A stretch of 64,000 nt of DNA from an uncultured Alphaproteobacteria bacterium (GTDB lineage Bacteria > Pseudomonadota > Alphaproteobacteria > Bin95): NCBI GenBank assembly GCA_937891825.1, contig CALAHN010000047.1:6055-70054 (forward strand), read 5' to 3'. Shown here one piece after another: positions 19,829-29,198 of this stretch. The stretch's first letter is position 1. Each line of letters begins with the position of its first letter. A program made the position numbers and the translations under genes. Below the pieces are notes generated by a model that saw nothing but the letters and a program-made list of their open reading frames with translations, was not told the DNA's origin and made no database searches.

Positions 19829-20797
19829 ATGAAAAAGCGCATCATGGTGCAAATGCCGATCACCGCCGGCATCAAATCGGTTCTAGAAGGGCGCGACGAC
19901 GTCGAGGCGGTCGAGTTCACGGAACTTTCGGAGGACAATATCCTTCAGCACATCGGCCAATATGACGCAGCCCTGCTGAGCATCGCGCCGTTCACCCCCC
20001 GCATCATCGAAAAGGCCGACCGGCTGAAGATCGTCGCCCGGCACGGCGTCGGCTACGATGCGGTCAATGTGCCCGCCCTGACGAAGGCCGGCATCCCGCT
20101 CGCGGTCGTCGGCATCGCGAATTCGGTCACCGTGGCGGAGCATGCCCTGTTCTTCATGATGGCGCTCGCGAAGCGCGCGATCGTGTTCGACCGCGAGGTG
20201 CGCAAGGGCAACTGGAACATCCGCTACGACCATATCGGCTTCGACCTTGCCGGGCGCAGTTGCCTGATCCTGGGCTTCGGCCGCATTGGCCGCCGCCTCG
20301 TGCCGCGCCTGAAAGCGATGGAGATGGAGGTCTATGTCCACGATCCCTACGTCATCCAGGACGCCATCGCGACCGCCGGCGCAATCCCGGTCGAGGATTG
20401 GCGGGCGGCCCTGCCGGCGATGGATTTCCTGTCCGTCAACTGCCCGAAGAATGCGGAAACCGACGGCATGATCGGCGCAAAGGAACTTGCCTCGATGAAG
20501 CCGACGGCGTTCGTCGTGAACACGGCGCGCGGCAATATCGTCGACGAAAAGGCGCTTTATGTCGCGCTCAAGGAAAAGCAGATCGCCGGCGCCGGGATCG
20601 ATCCGTTCGTCATCGAACCGGCGACGCCGAACGATCCCCTGTTCCAGCTGGACAACATCATCGTCTCGCCGCATTCAGCCGGGGTCACGCAGGAATCCCT
20701 GTTCCGTATGGGCGCAGTCGCCGCGCAGAACATCCTCGATTGCTTCGACGGCAAGCTGAACCCGGAAAACGTCATCAACAAGGAAGTGCTGTCATGA
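19829..20797 (+). CDS. D-isomer-specific 2-hydroxyacid dehydrogenase (phosphoglycerate dehydrogenase-like)
   Basis: MKKRIMVQMPI...RHGVGYDAVNV..., the NAD fold ILGFGRIGRRL, and SPHSAGVT. ATG at 19829 inside the longer track ORF. Confidence 0.85.
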   Translation: MKKRIMVQMPITAGIKSVLEGRDDVEAVEFTELSEDNILQHIGQYDAALLSIAPFTPRIIEKADRLKIVARHGVGYDAVNVPALTKAGIPLAVVGIANSVTVAEHALFFMMALAKRAIVFDREVRKGNWNIRYDHIGFDLAGRSCLILGFGRIGRRLVPRLKAMEMEVYVHDPYVIQDAIATAGAIPVEDWRAALPAMDFLSVNCPKNAETDGMIGAKELASMKPTAFVVNTARGNIVDEKALYVALKEKQIAGAGIDPFVIEPATPNDPLFQLDNIIVSPHSAGVTQESLFRMGAVAAQNILDCFDGKLNPENVINKEVLS

Positions 20798-21594
20798 GAG
20801 CGAACGAAGTCAAACGCCGCTGGCAGGCAGGCGAGGCCTGCGTCAACGGCTGGTGCGCGATCCCGAACAGCTTCGCCGCCGAATTGATGGCCCATGCCGG
20901 CTGGGACAGCCTGACGATCGACCTGCAGCACGGCCTTGTCGACTATCAGGCGGCCGTCACCATGCTGCAGGCGATCTCCACGACCGCGACGCCGCCCTTG
21001 GCGCGCGTGCCATGGATCGAGCCAGGCATTATCCAGAAGATGCTGGACGCCGGCGCCATGGGGATCATCTGCCCGATGGTCAACACGGCCGAGGACGCGG
21101 CCAAGTTCGTCGGCGCCTGCAAGTATTTTCCCGTGGGCTACCGCTCCAGCGGCCCGACGCGCGCCGTGCTGTATGCCGGGTCCGACTACATCGCCAACGC
21201 CAATGACGAGATCCTGGCGATCGCCATGATCGAGACGACCGAGGCGATGGATAATCTCGATGCGATCCTGGCGACGCCGGGCCTCGACGGCGTTTATATC
21301 GGCCCGACGGATCTGGCGCTCACCATGAACGCGCCGCCCGTGCTCGACCCGAAGGACGCCCGTGTCGTCGCGGCGATCGAGACGATCATCGATGCGGCCA
21401 ACGCCAGGGGCCTGGGCGCCGGCATTCACTGCGCCACGCCGGAATATGCGGCGAAGATGATCAAGCGCGGCGCCAAGCTCGTCACCATCGCGTCCGACGG
21501 CCGCATCCTGGCTTCAGCCGCCGCCGCGGCGGTCAAGGCCTGCAAGGGCGACGCCGCCGAAGCCAAGCCAGCCGGTCCCGGCAGCGCCTACTGA
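20794..21594 (+). CDS. HpcH/HpaI family aldolase
   Basis: WCAIPNSFAAELMAHAGWDSLTIDLQHG...IAMIETTEAMDNLDAILATPGLDGVYIGPTDLAL. ATGA overlap with the dehydrogenase stop. Confidence 0.85.
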   Translation: MRANEVKRRWQAGEACVNGWCAIPNSFAAELMAHAGWDSLTIDLQHGLVDYQAAVTMLQAISTTATPPLARVPWIEPGIIQKMLDAGAMGIICPMVNTAEDAAKFVGACKYFPVGYRSSGPTRAVLYAGSDYIANANDEILAIAMIETTEAMDNLDAILATPGLDGVYIGPTDLALTMNAPPVLDPKDARVVAAIETIIDAANARGLGAGIHCATPEYAAKMIKRGAKLVTIASDGRILASAAAAAVKACKGDAAEAKPAGPGSAY

Positions 21595-21607
21595 TCGCCC
21601 GCTGGCA

Positions 21608-21642
21608 GGCCCCGGCCGCCCTCGTCCGGGCGGTTCGGGGCC
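21608..21642. terminator. GC-rich stem-loop between convergent genes (possible bidirectional terminator, no U-tract)
   Basis: GGCCCCG...CGGGGCC outer stem with a nested CCGCCC/GGGCGG stem. Confidence 0.3.
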
Positions 21643-21656
21643 TTCGCCGGACGGGA

Positions 21657-22061
21657 TCAACGCCCGAAGGCGCGCCGGCAGACCGCGCTGATCGCCTGTT
21701 GATCGTCCGAGTTCAGGGGTTGGCCGGCGTAGTTGACCACGCCGTCGCTCCTGACGAAGAAGCGGCTGACCGGAACTTCGCCATTGAACAGCCTCGGATT
21801 GGCGGGAATGGCGAACCGGTCCTGCAACAGCACCGTCACGTCGACGGCCGTCGGCGTCGGCGATAAGTCGTTCTTCGCCCGAACGTTGGCCGGCACGACG
21901 CGGCCGCCGCGGACGGTTTGCCCCGGCTGGTAGGCGACATTGTTGGCGGCTTCGTGCTTGGCCAGCGTCGCGCAGACCTCGGCCGTCAGCATCGCCGCGC
22001 CCGCGGTCCCGCCGAGCGTCAAGGACAGGCCGAGGACAGCAAGACTCGCGAACATGCGCAT
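21657..22061 (-). CDS. Hypothetical secreted protein
   Basis: 134 aa. Signal peptide MRMFASLAVLGLSLTLGGTAGAA. AGGGAG RBS upstream. No family recognised. Confidence 0.55.
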   Translation of the reverse strand: MRMFASLAVLGLSLTLGGTAGAAMLTAEVCATLAKHEAANNVAYQPGQTVRGGRVVPANVRAKNDLSPTPTAVDVTVLLQDRFAIPANPRLFNGEVPVSRFFVRSDGVVNYAGQPLNSDDQQAISAVCRRAFGR

Positions 22062-22199
22062 TGTGCGCTCCCTAAATTTTCCGATTGCGGCCTCCAGTGT
22101 ATGGGCGCGTGCTTAAAGGGACGTAACGATGCCGTCAGATAGCCGCGCCGCGGCGCCGGAAAAATGCCCATGCCGCTGCCGCGCGATCGTGCGCCCTGC

Positions 22200-22412
22200 C
22201 CAAAAAATAAGCCTTTAATGACTGAAAGTTCGGCGTCCTGCGCTGATTCATGATGACACTTCAGCGCATAGCTGCTATGCAGTCTGTAGGCAGAGGAGTA
22301 GACGCGAGAACGCGCGCTTCTGTGACCCAGGTTCAGGGAGAGCGTCCGACGTGCGAAGCACATGTTGGGCGGAGCCAAAGTAGAGCGGGGCCCCTAGGTC
22401 CCGCTTTTTTTT
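22200..22412 (+). ncRNA. Candidate small RNA ending at an orphan intrinsic terminator (5' end unknown)
   Basis: A plus-strand terminator with no plus-strand gene upstream. Local GC is lower. Internal hairpins TGCGCTGA...TCAGCGCA and CTGC-TAT-GCAG. No Rfam family recognised by eye. Confidence 0.25.
22384..22412 (+). terminator. Rho-independent terminator
   Basis: Stem AGCGGG / CCCGCT with a 10-nt loop, followed by T8 (22405-22412). Confidence 0.7.
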
Positions 22413-22445
22413 AAAGCCTCGGCTGGCCCGGATTCGGGCGTCCGT

Positions 22446-24506
22446 TTACTCCGAGCTTGCCGCCGGCCGCCGCGACAAGAGCAGATTGCCATAGTCGTCG
22501 ACCCGCGCGCGCCAGGCGGGCGGGATGATCGTCGTCGAGGTTTTCTCTTCGATGACTGCCGGGCCTTCGATCGTCGCGCCTGGCGGCATGCTGTCGCGGT
22601 CGTAGACCTGGGTCGGCGCGCGCACGGTCGCGGCGCCGTCCGGGAACGCGACGAGGCGGCTGGCCCTGGGCGCGACGGGCGCCGCGGCCGGGCCGCCGTC
22701 GGGCAGGCGGAGCGGGGCCGATTTCATGCCCGTCGCGGTCGCGACCACCCGGCAGTTCGCCAGTTCCACATCCCGCGCGCGAATATCGTAGCCGTGCTCG
22801 AGCGCATGGGCGCCGTGGAAGCGTTCGATGAACGCCTCCAGCGTATCTGAGGGCCCGGTCGGCGCCGCCGCCTCGAAGCTTTGGCCCATATAGCGCGCTT
22901 CGACGATCCAGCGGATGTCCCGGCGGGCCGGGTCGTCGGTTTCGGACGACAGCCAGGCCTCGGCCTCCGCTTGCATCCGCTGGAAGGCCGCCTGCGCCAT
23001 GGGCCAGCCTGGACCAGCCGGCGCCAGGATCGTTTCGACGAAATCCTGGCTAGGGTCGGACATCAAAATGCCGCGGGCGCAAAGCGTGCCGGGCGCCGGC
23101 GGCACGATGACGGCGGGACACCCCGCTTCGTCCGCCACGTCCGCCGCGAGCAGCGGCCCAGCGCCGCCATAAGCGACCAGCGCCATGCGGCCAAGATCGT
23201 AGCCCCGCTCGGAGGAAGCGGCGCGGATCGCGCGCGCGATGTTCGCGACGGCGACGCGCAGAACCCCGGCTGCGGCCGCCGCCGCCTCCAAGCCGAGCGG
23301 TTGGGCGACGGCGCGGTCGATCGCCGCCGCCGCCGCCGCCGCATCCAGCCGCGTCGCGCCGGCGACAAGGCCCGCCCCGGCGTCGAGGCGCCCAAGGACA
23401 AGGTTCGCGTCTGTCAGGGTCGCGTCGGTTCCGCCAAGGCCATAGGCGGCAGGTCCGGGGTCGGCGCCGGCGCTCGCCGGACCGACGGTCAGGCCGCCCG
23501 CGTCATCGACCCTGGCGATCGAGCCGCCCCCTGCCCCGATCACGGCGATATCGAGGCTGGGCGCGCGCACAGGATATCCGGCGACATCGCGCTCCGCGGT
23601 CAGGCGCGCGGCGCCGTCGACGATCAGCGCGATATCGGTCGAGGTGCCGCCGACGTCGAAGGCGGCGACATTGGGGTATCCCGCCGCCGTCGCGATCGCC
23701 GCCGCCGCCGCGACGCCGGCGGCCGGCCCGGAAAGACAGGTCCTGACCGGCAGGCGGCTGGCGGTCGCGAGGCTCATCAAGCCGCCGCCGGAATGGACCA
23801 TATAGGGCTCCGGCCGGATGCCGATGCGCGCGACGCGACGCCGGACATCGGCCAGATAACCCGCCATGCGCGGGCCGACGAACGCATTCAAGGCGGTCGT
23901 CGAGGTCCGCTCGAATTCCCGGAATTCCGGCGACACATCGACCGAACAGGTAATATAGGCCTCGGGCAGAAGCTTCTGGAGGATCGCGGCGGCCGTCCGC
24001 TCATGGTCCGGATTGCGGTAGCTGTGCAGAAAGACCACGGCGACGGCTTCGACGCCGCTCGTCGCGAACGCTTCGCCAGCCCGGGCGACCGCGGCCTCGT
24101 CCATCGGGGTCAGGACCTTGCCCTGGTGATCCAGGCGTTCGGGGATTTCGATGCGGCGGCGCCGGGGGACAAGGGGCGGCGGGCGGATGTCGCGGTAGTC
24201 GTAGAGATTGGGGCGGGTCTGGCGGGCGATTTCCAGGACGTCCCGGAAGCCCCTGGTCGTCAGCAGCGCGGTCTTCGCGCCCTTGCGTTCGATCGCCATG
24301 TTGGTCGCGACCGTGGCCCCGTGGCCGATCCAGGCGACATCGGCGGCCTGCGCGCTCGCGAGCGCCAGCAGTTCGATCAGTCCGGTTTCGATCGCCGTCG
24401 CCGGCGCCGAAGGCGTCGAGGGCGTCTTGTGGTGGACTGCCTCTCTGCCGGTCAGCAGGGTAAGGTCGGTAAAAGTCCCGCCGACATCGATGCCGATTCG
24501 AATCAT
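22446..24506 (-). CDS. Hydantoinase/oxoprolinase family protein (HyuA-like, A subunit)
   Basis: MIRIGIDVGGTFTDLTLL..., AFDVGGTSTDIALI and GGGSIARVD are actin-like ATPase motifs of Hydantoinase_A. The 974-aa track ORF has a spurious N-terminal extension. Confidence 0.85.
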   Translation of the reverse strand: MIRIGIDVGGTFTDLTLLTGREAVHHKTPSTPSAPATAIETGLIELLALASAQAADVAWIGHGATVATNMAIERKGAKTALLTTRGFRDVLEIARQTRPNLYDYRDIRPPPLVPRRRRIEIPERLDHQGKVLTPMDEAAVARAGEAFATSGVEAVAVVFLHSYRNPDHERTAAAILQKLLPEAYITCSVDVSPEFREFERTSTTALNAFVGPRMAGYLADVRRRVARIGIRPEPYMVHSGGGLMSLATASRLPVRTCLSGPAAGVAAAAAIATAAGYPNVAAFDVGGTSTDIALIVDGAARLTAERDVAGYPVRAPSLDIAVIGAGGGSIARVDDAGGLTVGPASAGADPGPAAYGLGGTDATLTDANLVLGRLDAGAGLVAGATRLDAAAAAAAIDRAVAQPLGLEAAAAAAGVLRVAVANIARAIRAASSERGYDLGRMALVAYGGAGPLLAADVADEAGCPAVIVPPAPGTLCARGILMSDPSQDFVETILAPAGPGWPMAQAAFQRMQAEAEAWLSSETDDPARRDIRWIVEARYMGQSFEAAAPTGPSDTLEAFIERFHGAHALEHGYDIRARDVELANCRVVATATGMKSAPLRLPDGGPAAAPVAPRASRLVAFPDGAATVRAPTQVYDRDSMPPGATIEGPAVIEEKTSTTIIPPAWRARVDDYGNLLLSRRPAASSE

Positions 24507-24624
24507 ACGACTGCTCTTTCGTTCAAGGATGCAGGAGTTTAAGAGGTCCGGGCGTCGGCTGAAAGCTGGCCGCGCCTTGGCCGTCGGCGATGGCGGAAGG
24601 CCGGCCTCGATAGGACCCAAACGG

Positions 24625-25953
24625 ATGGATGGCACAGCCCTGGAAGCGGCATTGGCGGAAGCGCGGCGCGCGCTGCAAGGCGGGGCGCTGGAGCAAGCCG
24701 ACCGCCAATATTCGGAAATCCTGGCCGCACATCCGGCTTCGGTCGAGGCCAGGCTGGCCCGCGGCCGCCTGCGCGCCCGGCGCCATGACGTGCTGGCCGC
24801 GCGCCGGGACCTGGAAATGGCGGCGAGCCTGTCGCCCCAGTCGCCAGAGATCCTGGCGAGCCTCGCCGCATTGTATGAGCGGATGGCGCTGCCCCGCCTC
24901 GCCCATGCGGCCGCCTGGAAATTGCTCGACCTGCGGCCCGGCGCCGTCGCCCCGATCCGCTTGCTCGCGCGGATCGCAGCGCCCGGCGAAGCCCAGGACG
25001 CGCTTGCGGCGACGGCGGAAGCCGCGCTCGCCCGGCCCGACCTTGCCGACGGAGATCGGGCCGGCCTCAACTTCGCCCTTGGCCGCATCCGCCATCTGGC
25101 CGGCCGCCACGACGAAGCTTTCGAACACTTCGTGGCGGCGAACCAGGCCCGCGCCGCCAGGGACGATCTCAGCAGCCGCGAAGCCCTGGCGCGGAGCATC
25201 ATGACGGCGTTCGCCAGATTGCGCTGGCCGACCCACCGGACCAGCGCCCGCCTGATCCTGATCGACGGCTTGCCGAAATCCGGGGCCGCTTTCCTGGCCG
25301 AAGCGCTGGCGAGCCACGACGCCGTCGCGATGGCCGACAATCCCGCCATCCTCGCCGACGCGGCCGCCAACCTGAAGACCTATTCCGGAACCGAGACGCC
25401 ATTCCCGGACTGCGTCCCCCATTTCGCCAATGAAACCTGGGAAGCGGCGGCCGCGACGATGTTCGCCCGCCTGCACGAGGATTTCGGCCCTGCCAGCGCC
25501 TATGTGATGGCGCCGCCGTCGGGGTTTCTGCAAACTGGCGTCGCGGCGGCGCTTTCCCCAGACGCGGTCGTGGTCGAGTTGGCGCGCGCGCCCATGGCGC
25601 TTGGCCTCGCGAACTTCATGTGGGGTCCGGACCAGGGCGCCGATTACAGCTTCTCGGTCGACGGCATCGGGCGGCTGTTCAGGCTGTTCAGCCAGACCAT
25701 GGCGTTCTGGCGCCTGACGCTGCCGGCGCCGCCGATCGTCATCGACGGCGACGCCCTGGCGAGCGCGCCGCTCGCCGCTGTCGAGCGCATCCTCGCCGCC
25801 GCCAACCTGCCCCTGGACGATGGACCGGCGGCCCATATCGCCGCCGTCCCGCCGATGGACCGCTTCGACGACGATCTGGGCCCCGGCGGCGAGCGCGCCT
25901 ACCGGGCGCATCTCGGCCCGCTCCGGCAGGCGCTCTGGCCGCTGCCGGGCTGA
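24625..25953 (+). CDS. TPR-repeat protein with a C-terminal sulfotransferase-like domain
   Basis: N-terminal TPR-like helices. LILIDGLPKSGAAFLAEAL resembles the PAPS 5'-phosphosulfate-binding loop (GxPRSGTT-like). Start at ATG 24625. Confidence 0.55.
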   Translation: MDGTALEAALAEARRALQGGALEQADRQYSEILAAHPASVEARLARGRLRARRHDVLAARRDLEMAASLSPQSPEILASLAALYERMALPRLAHAAAWKLLDLRPGAVAPIRLLARIAAPGEAQDALAATAEAALARPDLADGDRAGLNFALGRIRHLAGRHDEAFEHFVAANQARAARDDLSSREALARSIMTAFARLRWPTHRTSARLILIDGLPKSGAAFLAEALASHDAVAMADNPAILADAAANLKTYSGTETPFPDCVPHFANETWEAAAATMFARLHEDFGPASAYVMAPPSGFLQTGVAAALSPDAVVVELARAPMALGLANFMWGPDQGADYSFSVDGIGRLFRLFSQTMAFWRLTLPAPPIVIDGDALASAPLAAVERILAAANLPLDDGPAAHIAAVPPMDRFDDDLGPGGERAYRAHLGPLRQALWPLPG

Positions 25954-25964
25954 CCGGCTGTCAT

Positions 25965-27323
25965 CTAAGATTGGTTTGAACGGACGCGACGGCGCCAGCG
26001 CAGCAACCGCTTCGCCCGGTCGCGGAGAAACCGGAAATCCCTGCGGAGCAGGGCGGGCGACGCCGAACAATAGGCTGCGAACGCCAACCCCAATTTCGAC
26101 TTCGGGCCATTCGGCTTCTGGGCGATGCGCAGCATTTCCCGGTGGTAGCTATCCATATAGGAACGCCACACCGAGCCGATCAAGCCTTCCCTCGCTTCCG
26201 AGCGCTCCATCTGGAGGGCGATGAAGCGGAGGTCGCCGTCGCCGGTCGGCTGGCTCGGCGGCGTCGCGTACATGTCTTCATAGGCGTCGATATACTGATC
26301 GATGACCTGGGCGATATCGTGCCGCGCCTCGACCAGCGCCCGGCCGCGACGGCCGATCTCCAGCCGCCGGTCGCCGTCCTGGATCGCCTGGCGGAGAGCA
26401 TCCTTGATCGTCTCCGGATCGCCCTGGATGACCGGCAGATCGGTCATGCCGTAAAATGGCTCGAACAGGTCGCGGCGGAGGTTGGAGACGACGCATTTAC
26501 CGAGCGCCCAGGCCTCCAGCGTCGTCACCCCCGTCGCCCCGCTCAACAACTGATCGACGACGATATCGGCTGAACGATAGACCTGCCGCGCTTCGGCATG
26601 GGGCATGCCTTGCAGCATCCTGAAGTCGAAGGCCAGGCCCTCGTCGCGCAAGGCCTCGACGGCGGCCAGCACGAAGCGCGTGCCCTTCGCCGCGGCATTG
26701 GTCGGCGCATGCACGACCAGCGGCCGGGCTTTCCTGGGATCGACGCCGACATAGGACCAGGCCTCCAGGTCGAGCGCCCGCGGGATGATCGTCGCTTCGG
26801 GGAAGAACTGATGCAGTTCCGGGTCCTGCACGAAGAACCGGTCGACATATTCCCGGAGGAAGTCGTGATAGGCGAGAACCAGATCCTCGTCATAGAGGGT
26901 CGGCTGCTCGTAGCGGAAGGGACTGTGCGGGTTGAAGGCCAGGTCCTTCGTCGGCAAACGCACGTCATAGCCGGTGAAGCGATAGGCGATGCGACGGCCG
27001 CGAGCCTTGATCAATGGCAGGTCGATGCCGCTGAAGCCCGCGAAATCGGTCCGGTAGACCAAGCTTCGGTTCCAGAAATGGAAGATGTCGAAGCCTTCGT
27101 TGAGCGCGTCCCGAAGCGCCCCGATCTGCGCCGGAATCCGCCCGCCCTCCGCCCGGATGTTGACCGTCCGGTCCAGCTCGTAGCGGAGCGGGTTCGGCCC
27201 GCCATTGGTGTACTGGATGTGCGCCGCCTCATACCCCCTGGCCCGCAGCGCCTTGGCGAGCGTCACCGGCATGCCCGACATGTTCATCGGGGCAAGCAGA
27301 ATTTTGGGGCGCCGCTCGCTCAC
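25965..27323 (-). CDS. Glycosyltransferase (GT-B fold, GT4/GT1-like)
   Basis: C-terminal GT-B motif SADIVVDQLLSGATGVTTLEAWALGKCVV. GTG start in a GTGA overlap with the DUF2783 stop. Confidence 0.7.
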   Translation of the reverse strand: MSERRPKILLAPMNMSGMPVTLAKALRARGYEAAHIQYTNGGPNPLRYELDRTVNIRAEGGRIPAQIGALRDALNEGFDIFHFWNRSLVYRTDFAGFSGIDLPLIKARGRRIAYRFTGYDVRLPTKDLAFNPHSPFRYEQPTLYDEDLVLAYHDFLREYVDRFFVQDPELHQFFPEATIIPRALDLEAWSYVGVDPRKARPLVVHAPTNAAAKGTRFVLAAVEALRDEGLAFDFRMLQGMPHAEARQVYRSADIVVDQLLSGATGVTTLEAWALGKCVVSNLRRDLFEPFYGMTDLPVIQGDPETIKDALRQAIQDGDRRLEIGRRGRALVEARHDIAQVIDQYIDAYEDMYATPPSQPTGDGDLRFIALQMERSEAREGLIGSVWRSYMDSYHREMLRIAQKPNGPKSKLGLAFAAYCSASPALLRRDFRFLRDRAKRLLRWRRRVRSNQS

Positions 27324-27550
27324 GCTGTGCTGTCCCCGCCGCGCGCCCGGTCGTCCAGCACCGATGCCCGGGCGCTTGCCGCCGCCGCGGCCACGATCCC
27401 GGCGTCGCCGATGTGGTTCGCCAGGAGCAGGATCAGCCGCGCGTTAAGCTGCAAGCTTTCGGCCGCCGAGAGCCCGTCATGGGCGTCGACCAACGCCTGA
27501 TAAAGCGCGTCCGGGTCCTTTATGCGGTCCTCCGTCAATAGCCCGTTCAT
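27320..27550 (-). CDS. DUF2783-like small protein
   Basis: MNGLLTEDRIKDPDALYQALVDAHDGLSAAESLQLNARLILLLANHIGD. ATGA overlap with the upstream FAD monooxygenase, which is the usual genomic partner of this family. Confidence 0.6.
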   Translation of the reverse strand: MNGLLTEDRIKDPDALYQALVDAHDGLSAAESLQLNARLILLLANHIGDAGIVAAAAASARASVLDDRARGGDSTA

Positions 27551-29184
27551 CCGATTGCATCCTTGCCAAGCGCGCGATCCCTGGCGGCGGCGGCCCAGGC
27601 GGCGTCCGGCCATAGGGCGCGAGCCGCCACATGCTGGTCCGGCCGGAAAAGATAGCCGGCGCCAGGGGTCATGGCATACCGCGCCTGCAGCAGCCCGTCC
27701 CGGTCGACGATGCAGCCGGGCGCCGGCGCGCCGCCCGCCGGGATGACGGAAACCTGCCTGACGCCCTGAAGCGGGCCGATATCGGACCGGGCGTCATAAA
27801 GGAGCAGCACGAAGTCCTGGCCGAGCGAGCGCAGGAGCCAGTCGTCCTGGCCGTCTGCCGCCAGGACCGGCGCGTCGACGGCGGCATGGCCGGGAGGCAG
27901 GCCGCCCGCAAACGCATCCCGGTCGGGCGTGTTCAGGGGCGAACCATCGAGCACGGCCGGCACGGACAAGCGGCCGCTGTTCACCATGCGCCGCGCGAAG
28001 CCATGGTCCCTCGCGAGCGCCAGCGCCGCATCCCGGAAGGCGCGAATCGCGGCGGATTTAGGCGTCATGAAATCGGTCGAGCGGGTCGAGTTCAGAATGT
28101 TCTCGTCGGCGGCCGGAATCCGCTCGGCGTCATAGCTGTCGAGCAGCGCTTCGGGAGCGGCGCCGCCAAGCACCGCCGCGAGCTTCCAGGCGAGATTATC
28201 CGCGTCCTGCACGCCGCCATTGCCGCCGCGCGCGCCGAACGGCGAGACCTGATGGGCGCTGTCGCCGGCGAAGAAAATTCGGCCATGGCGGAATTGCTCC
28301 AACCGACGGCAGCGGAAGGTATAAAGGCTGATCCACTCGATCTCGAAGACGGCGTCCTTGCCGAGCATCCGCTCGATGCGCGGGCGGACAGCCTCCGGCC
28401 GGACGGCGGCTTCGGGGTCGGCGTCGCCATCCAGTTGCAGGTCGATGCGCCACACCCCGTCGGGCTGCTTGTGCAGCAGGGCGGACTGGCCGTCATGGAA
28501 AGGCGGCTCGAACCAGAACCAGCGCTCGGATGGGAAATCCGCATCCATGGCGATGTCGGTAATCAGGAAGCGATCCTCGAACATACGGCCGACGAAGGGG
28601 AGATCGAGCGCGCGGCGGACGGTCGAGCGCGCGCCGTCGCAGGCGACGACATAATCGGCCGTCAGTCGGTAGGCGCCCGCAGGCGTCTCGATGCCGAGCG
28701 TCGCCCCGGTCGCCGTCAGCGCGACGTCGGTCACGGCATTGTTCCAGCGGATTTCCAGGTTCGGCAGGGCGGCGGCCGCCTGGATCAGAAAATCCTCCAA
28801 ATAGTACTGCTGCAGGTTCATGAAAGCCGGCCAGCCGTGGCCCGGCTCGGGCAACAGGTCGAAGGCATAGACCTCGGCCTCGCGGAAAAACAGGCGGCCG
28901 GTATTCCAGACGACGCCCTTCGCCCGGAACGGCGCGCCCGCGCCCAACCGGTCGAAGATCTCGAGCGTGCGCTTCGACATGCAGATCAGCCGGGAGCCAT
29001 GGCTCGTCGTCGCATCGTCGTCGAGCACGATCACCGGCACGCCGTGGCGGGCCAGGTCGAGCGCCAGCGTCAGCCCGACCGGCCCCGCGCCGACGACCAG
29101 GACCGGCCGCCGCTTGCCGGCCGCGCCGGTCAGTTCGGGGGGCGGCGTGAACGCAAACGTCGGATGCTGATAGGCTTTCGGCAT
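27547..29184 (-). CDS. FAD-dependent aromatic monooxygenase (MhpA/PheA-TfdB class)
   Basis: RRPVLVVGAGPVGLTLALDLARHGVPVIVLD (GxGxxG), FFAGDSAHQVSPFGARGGNGGVQDADNLAWKL (DG/GD motifs). Start at ATG 29184. Confidence 0.85.
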   Translation of the reverse strand: MPKAYQHPTFAFTPPPELTGAAGKRRPVLVVGAGPVGLTLALDLARHGVPVIVLDDDATTSHGSRLICMSKRTLEIFDRLGAGAPFRAKGVVWNTGRLFFREAEVYAFDLLPEPGHGWPAFMNLQQYYLEDFLIQAAAALPNLEIRWNNAVTDVALTATGATLGIETPAGAYRLTADYVVACDGARSTVRRALDLPFVGRMFEDRFLITDIAMDADFPSERWFWFEPPFHDGQSALLHKQPDGVWRIDLQLDGDADPEAAVRPEAVRPRIERMLGKDAVFEIEWISLYTFRCRRLEQFRHGRIFFAGDSAHQVSPFGARGGNGGVQDADNLAWKLAAVLGGAAPEALLDSYDAERIPAADENILNSTRSTDFMTPKSAAIRAFRDAALALARDHGFARRMVNSGRLSVPAVLDGSPLNTPDRDAFAGGLPPGHAAVDAPVLAADGQDDWLLRSLGQDFVLLLYDARSDIGPLQGVRQVSVIPAGGAPAPGCIVDRDGLLQARYAMTPGAGYLFRPDQHVAARALWPDAAWAAAARDRALGKDAIG

Positions 29185-29198
29185 CCGAAACCCACAGA

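Noticed and set aside
22100-22412. Possible identity of the candidate RNA as SRP RNA, tmRNA, 6S RNA or RNase P RNA
   Set aside because: I could not find the SRP domain IV motif (CAGGUCCGGAAGGAAGCAGC-like), a tRNA-like end or tag ORF, or RNase P conserved regions. It is left as unclassified.
22250-22414. 54-aa ORF (MMTLQRIAAMQSVGRG...) in the orphan-terminator region
   Set aside because: Codon usage is atypical for this genome, there is no convincing RBS, and the ORF reads through the terminator hairpin and the T-tract. A non-coding RNA is the more plausible explanation.
22881-24542. 553-aa plus-strand ORF
   Set aside because: It is antisense to the HyuA-like gene. Arg/Gly/Asp-rich shadow.
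24507-25370. N-terminal 288-aa extension of the 974-aa ORF (22446..25370)
   Set aside because: The extension is Ala/Arg low-complexity and overlaps the plus-strand TPR-sulfotransferase. The hydantoinase family begins at MIRIGIDVGGTFTD (ATG 24506).
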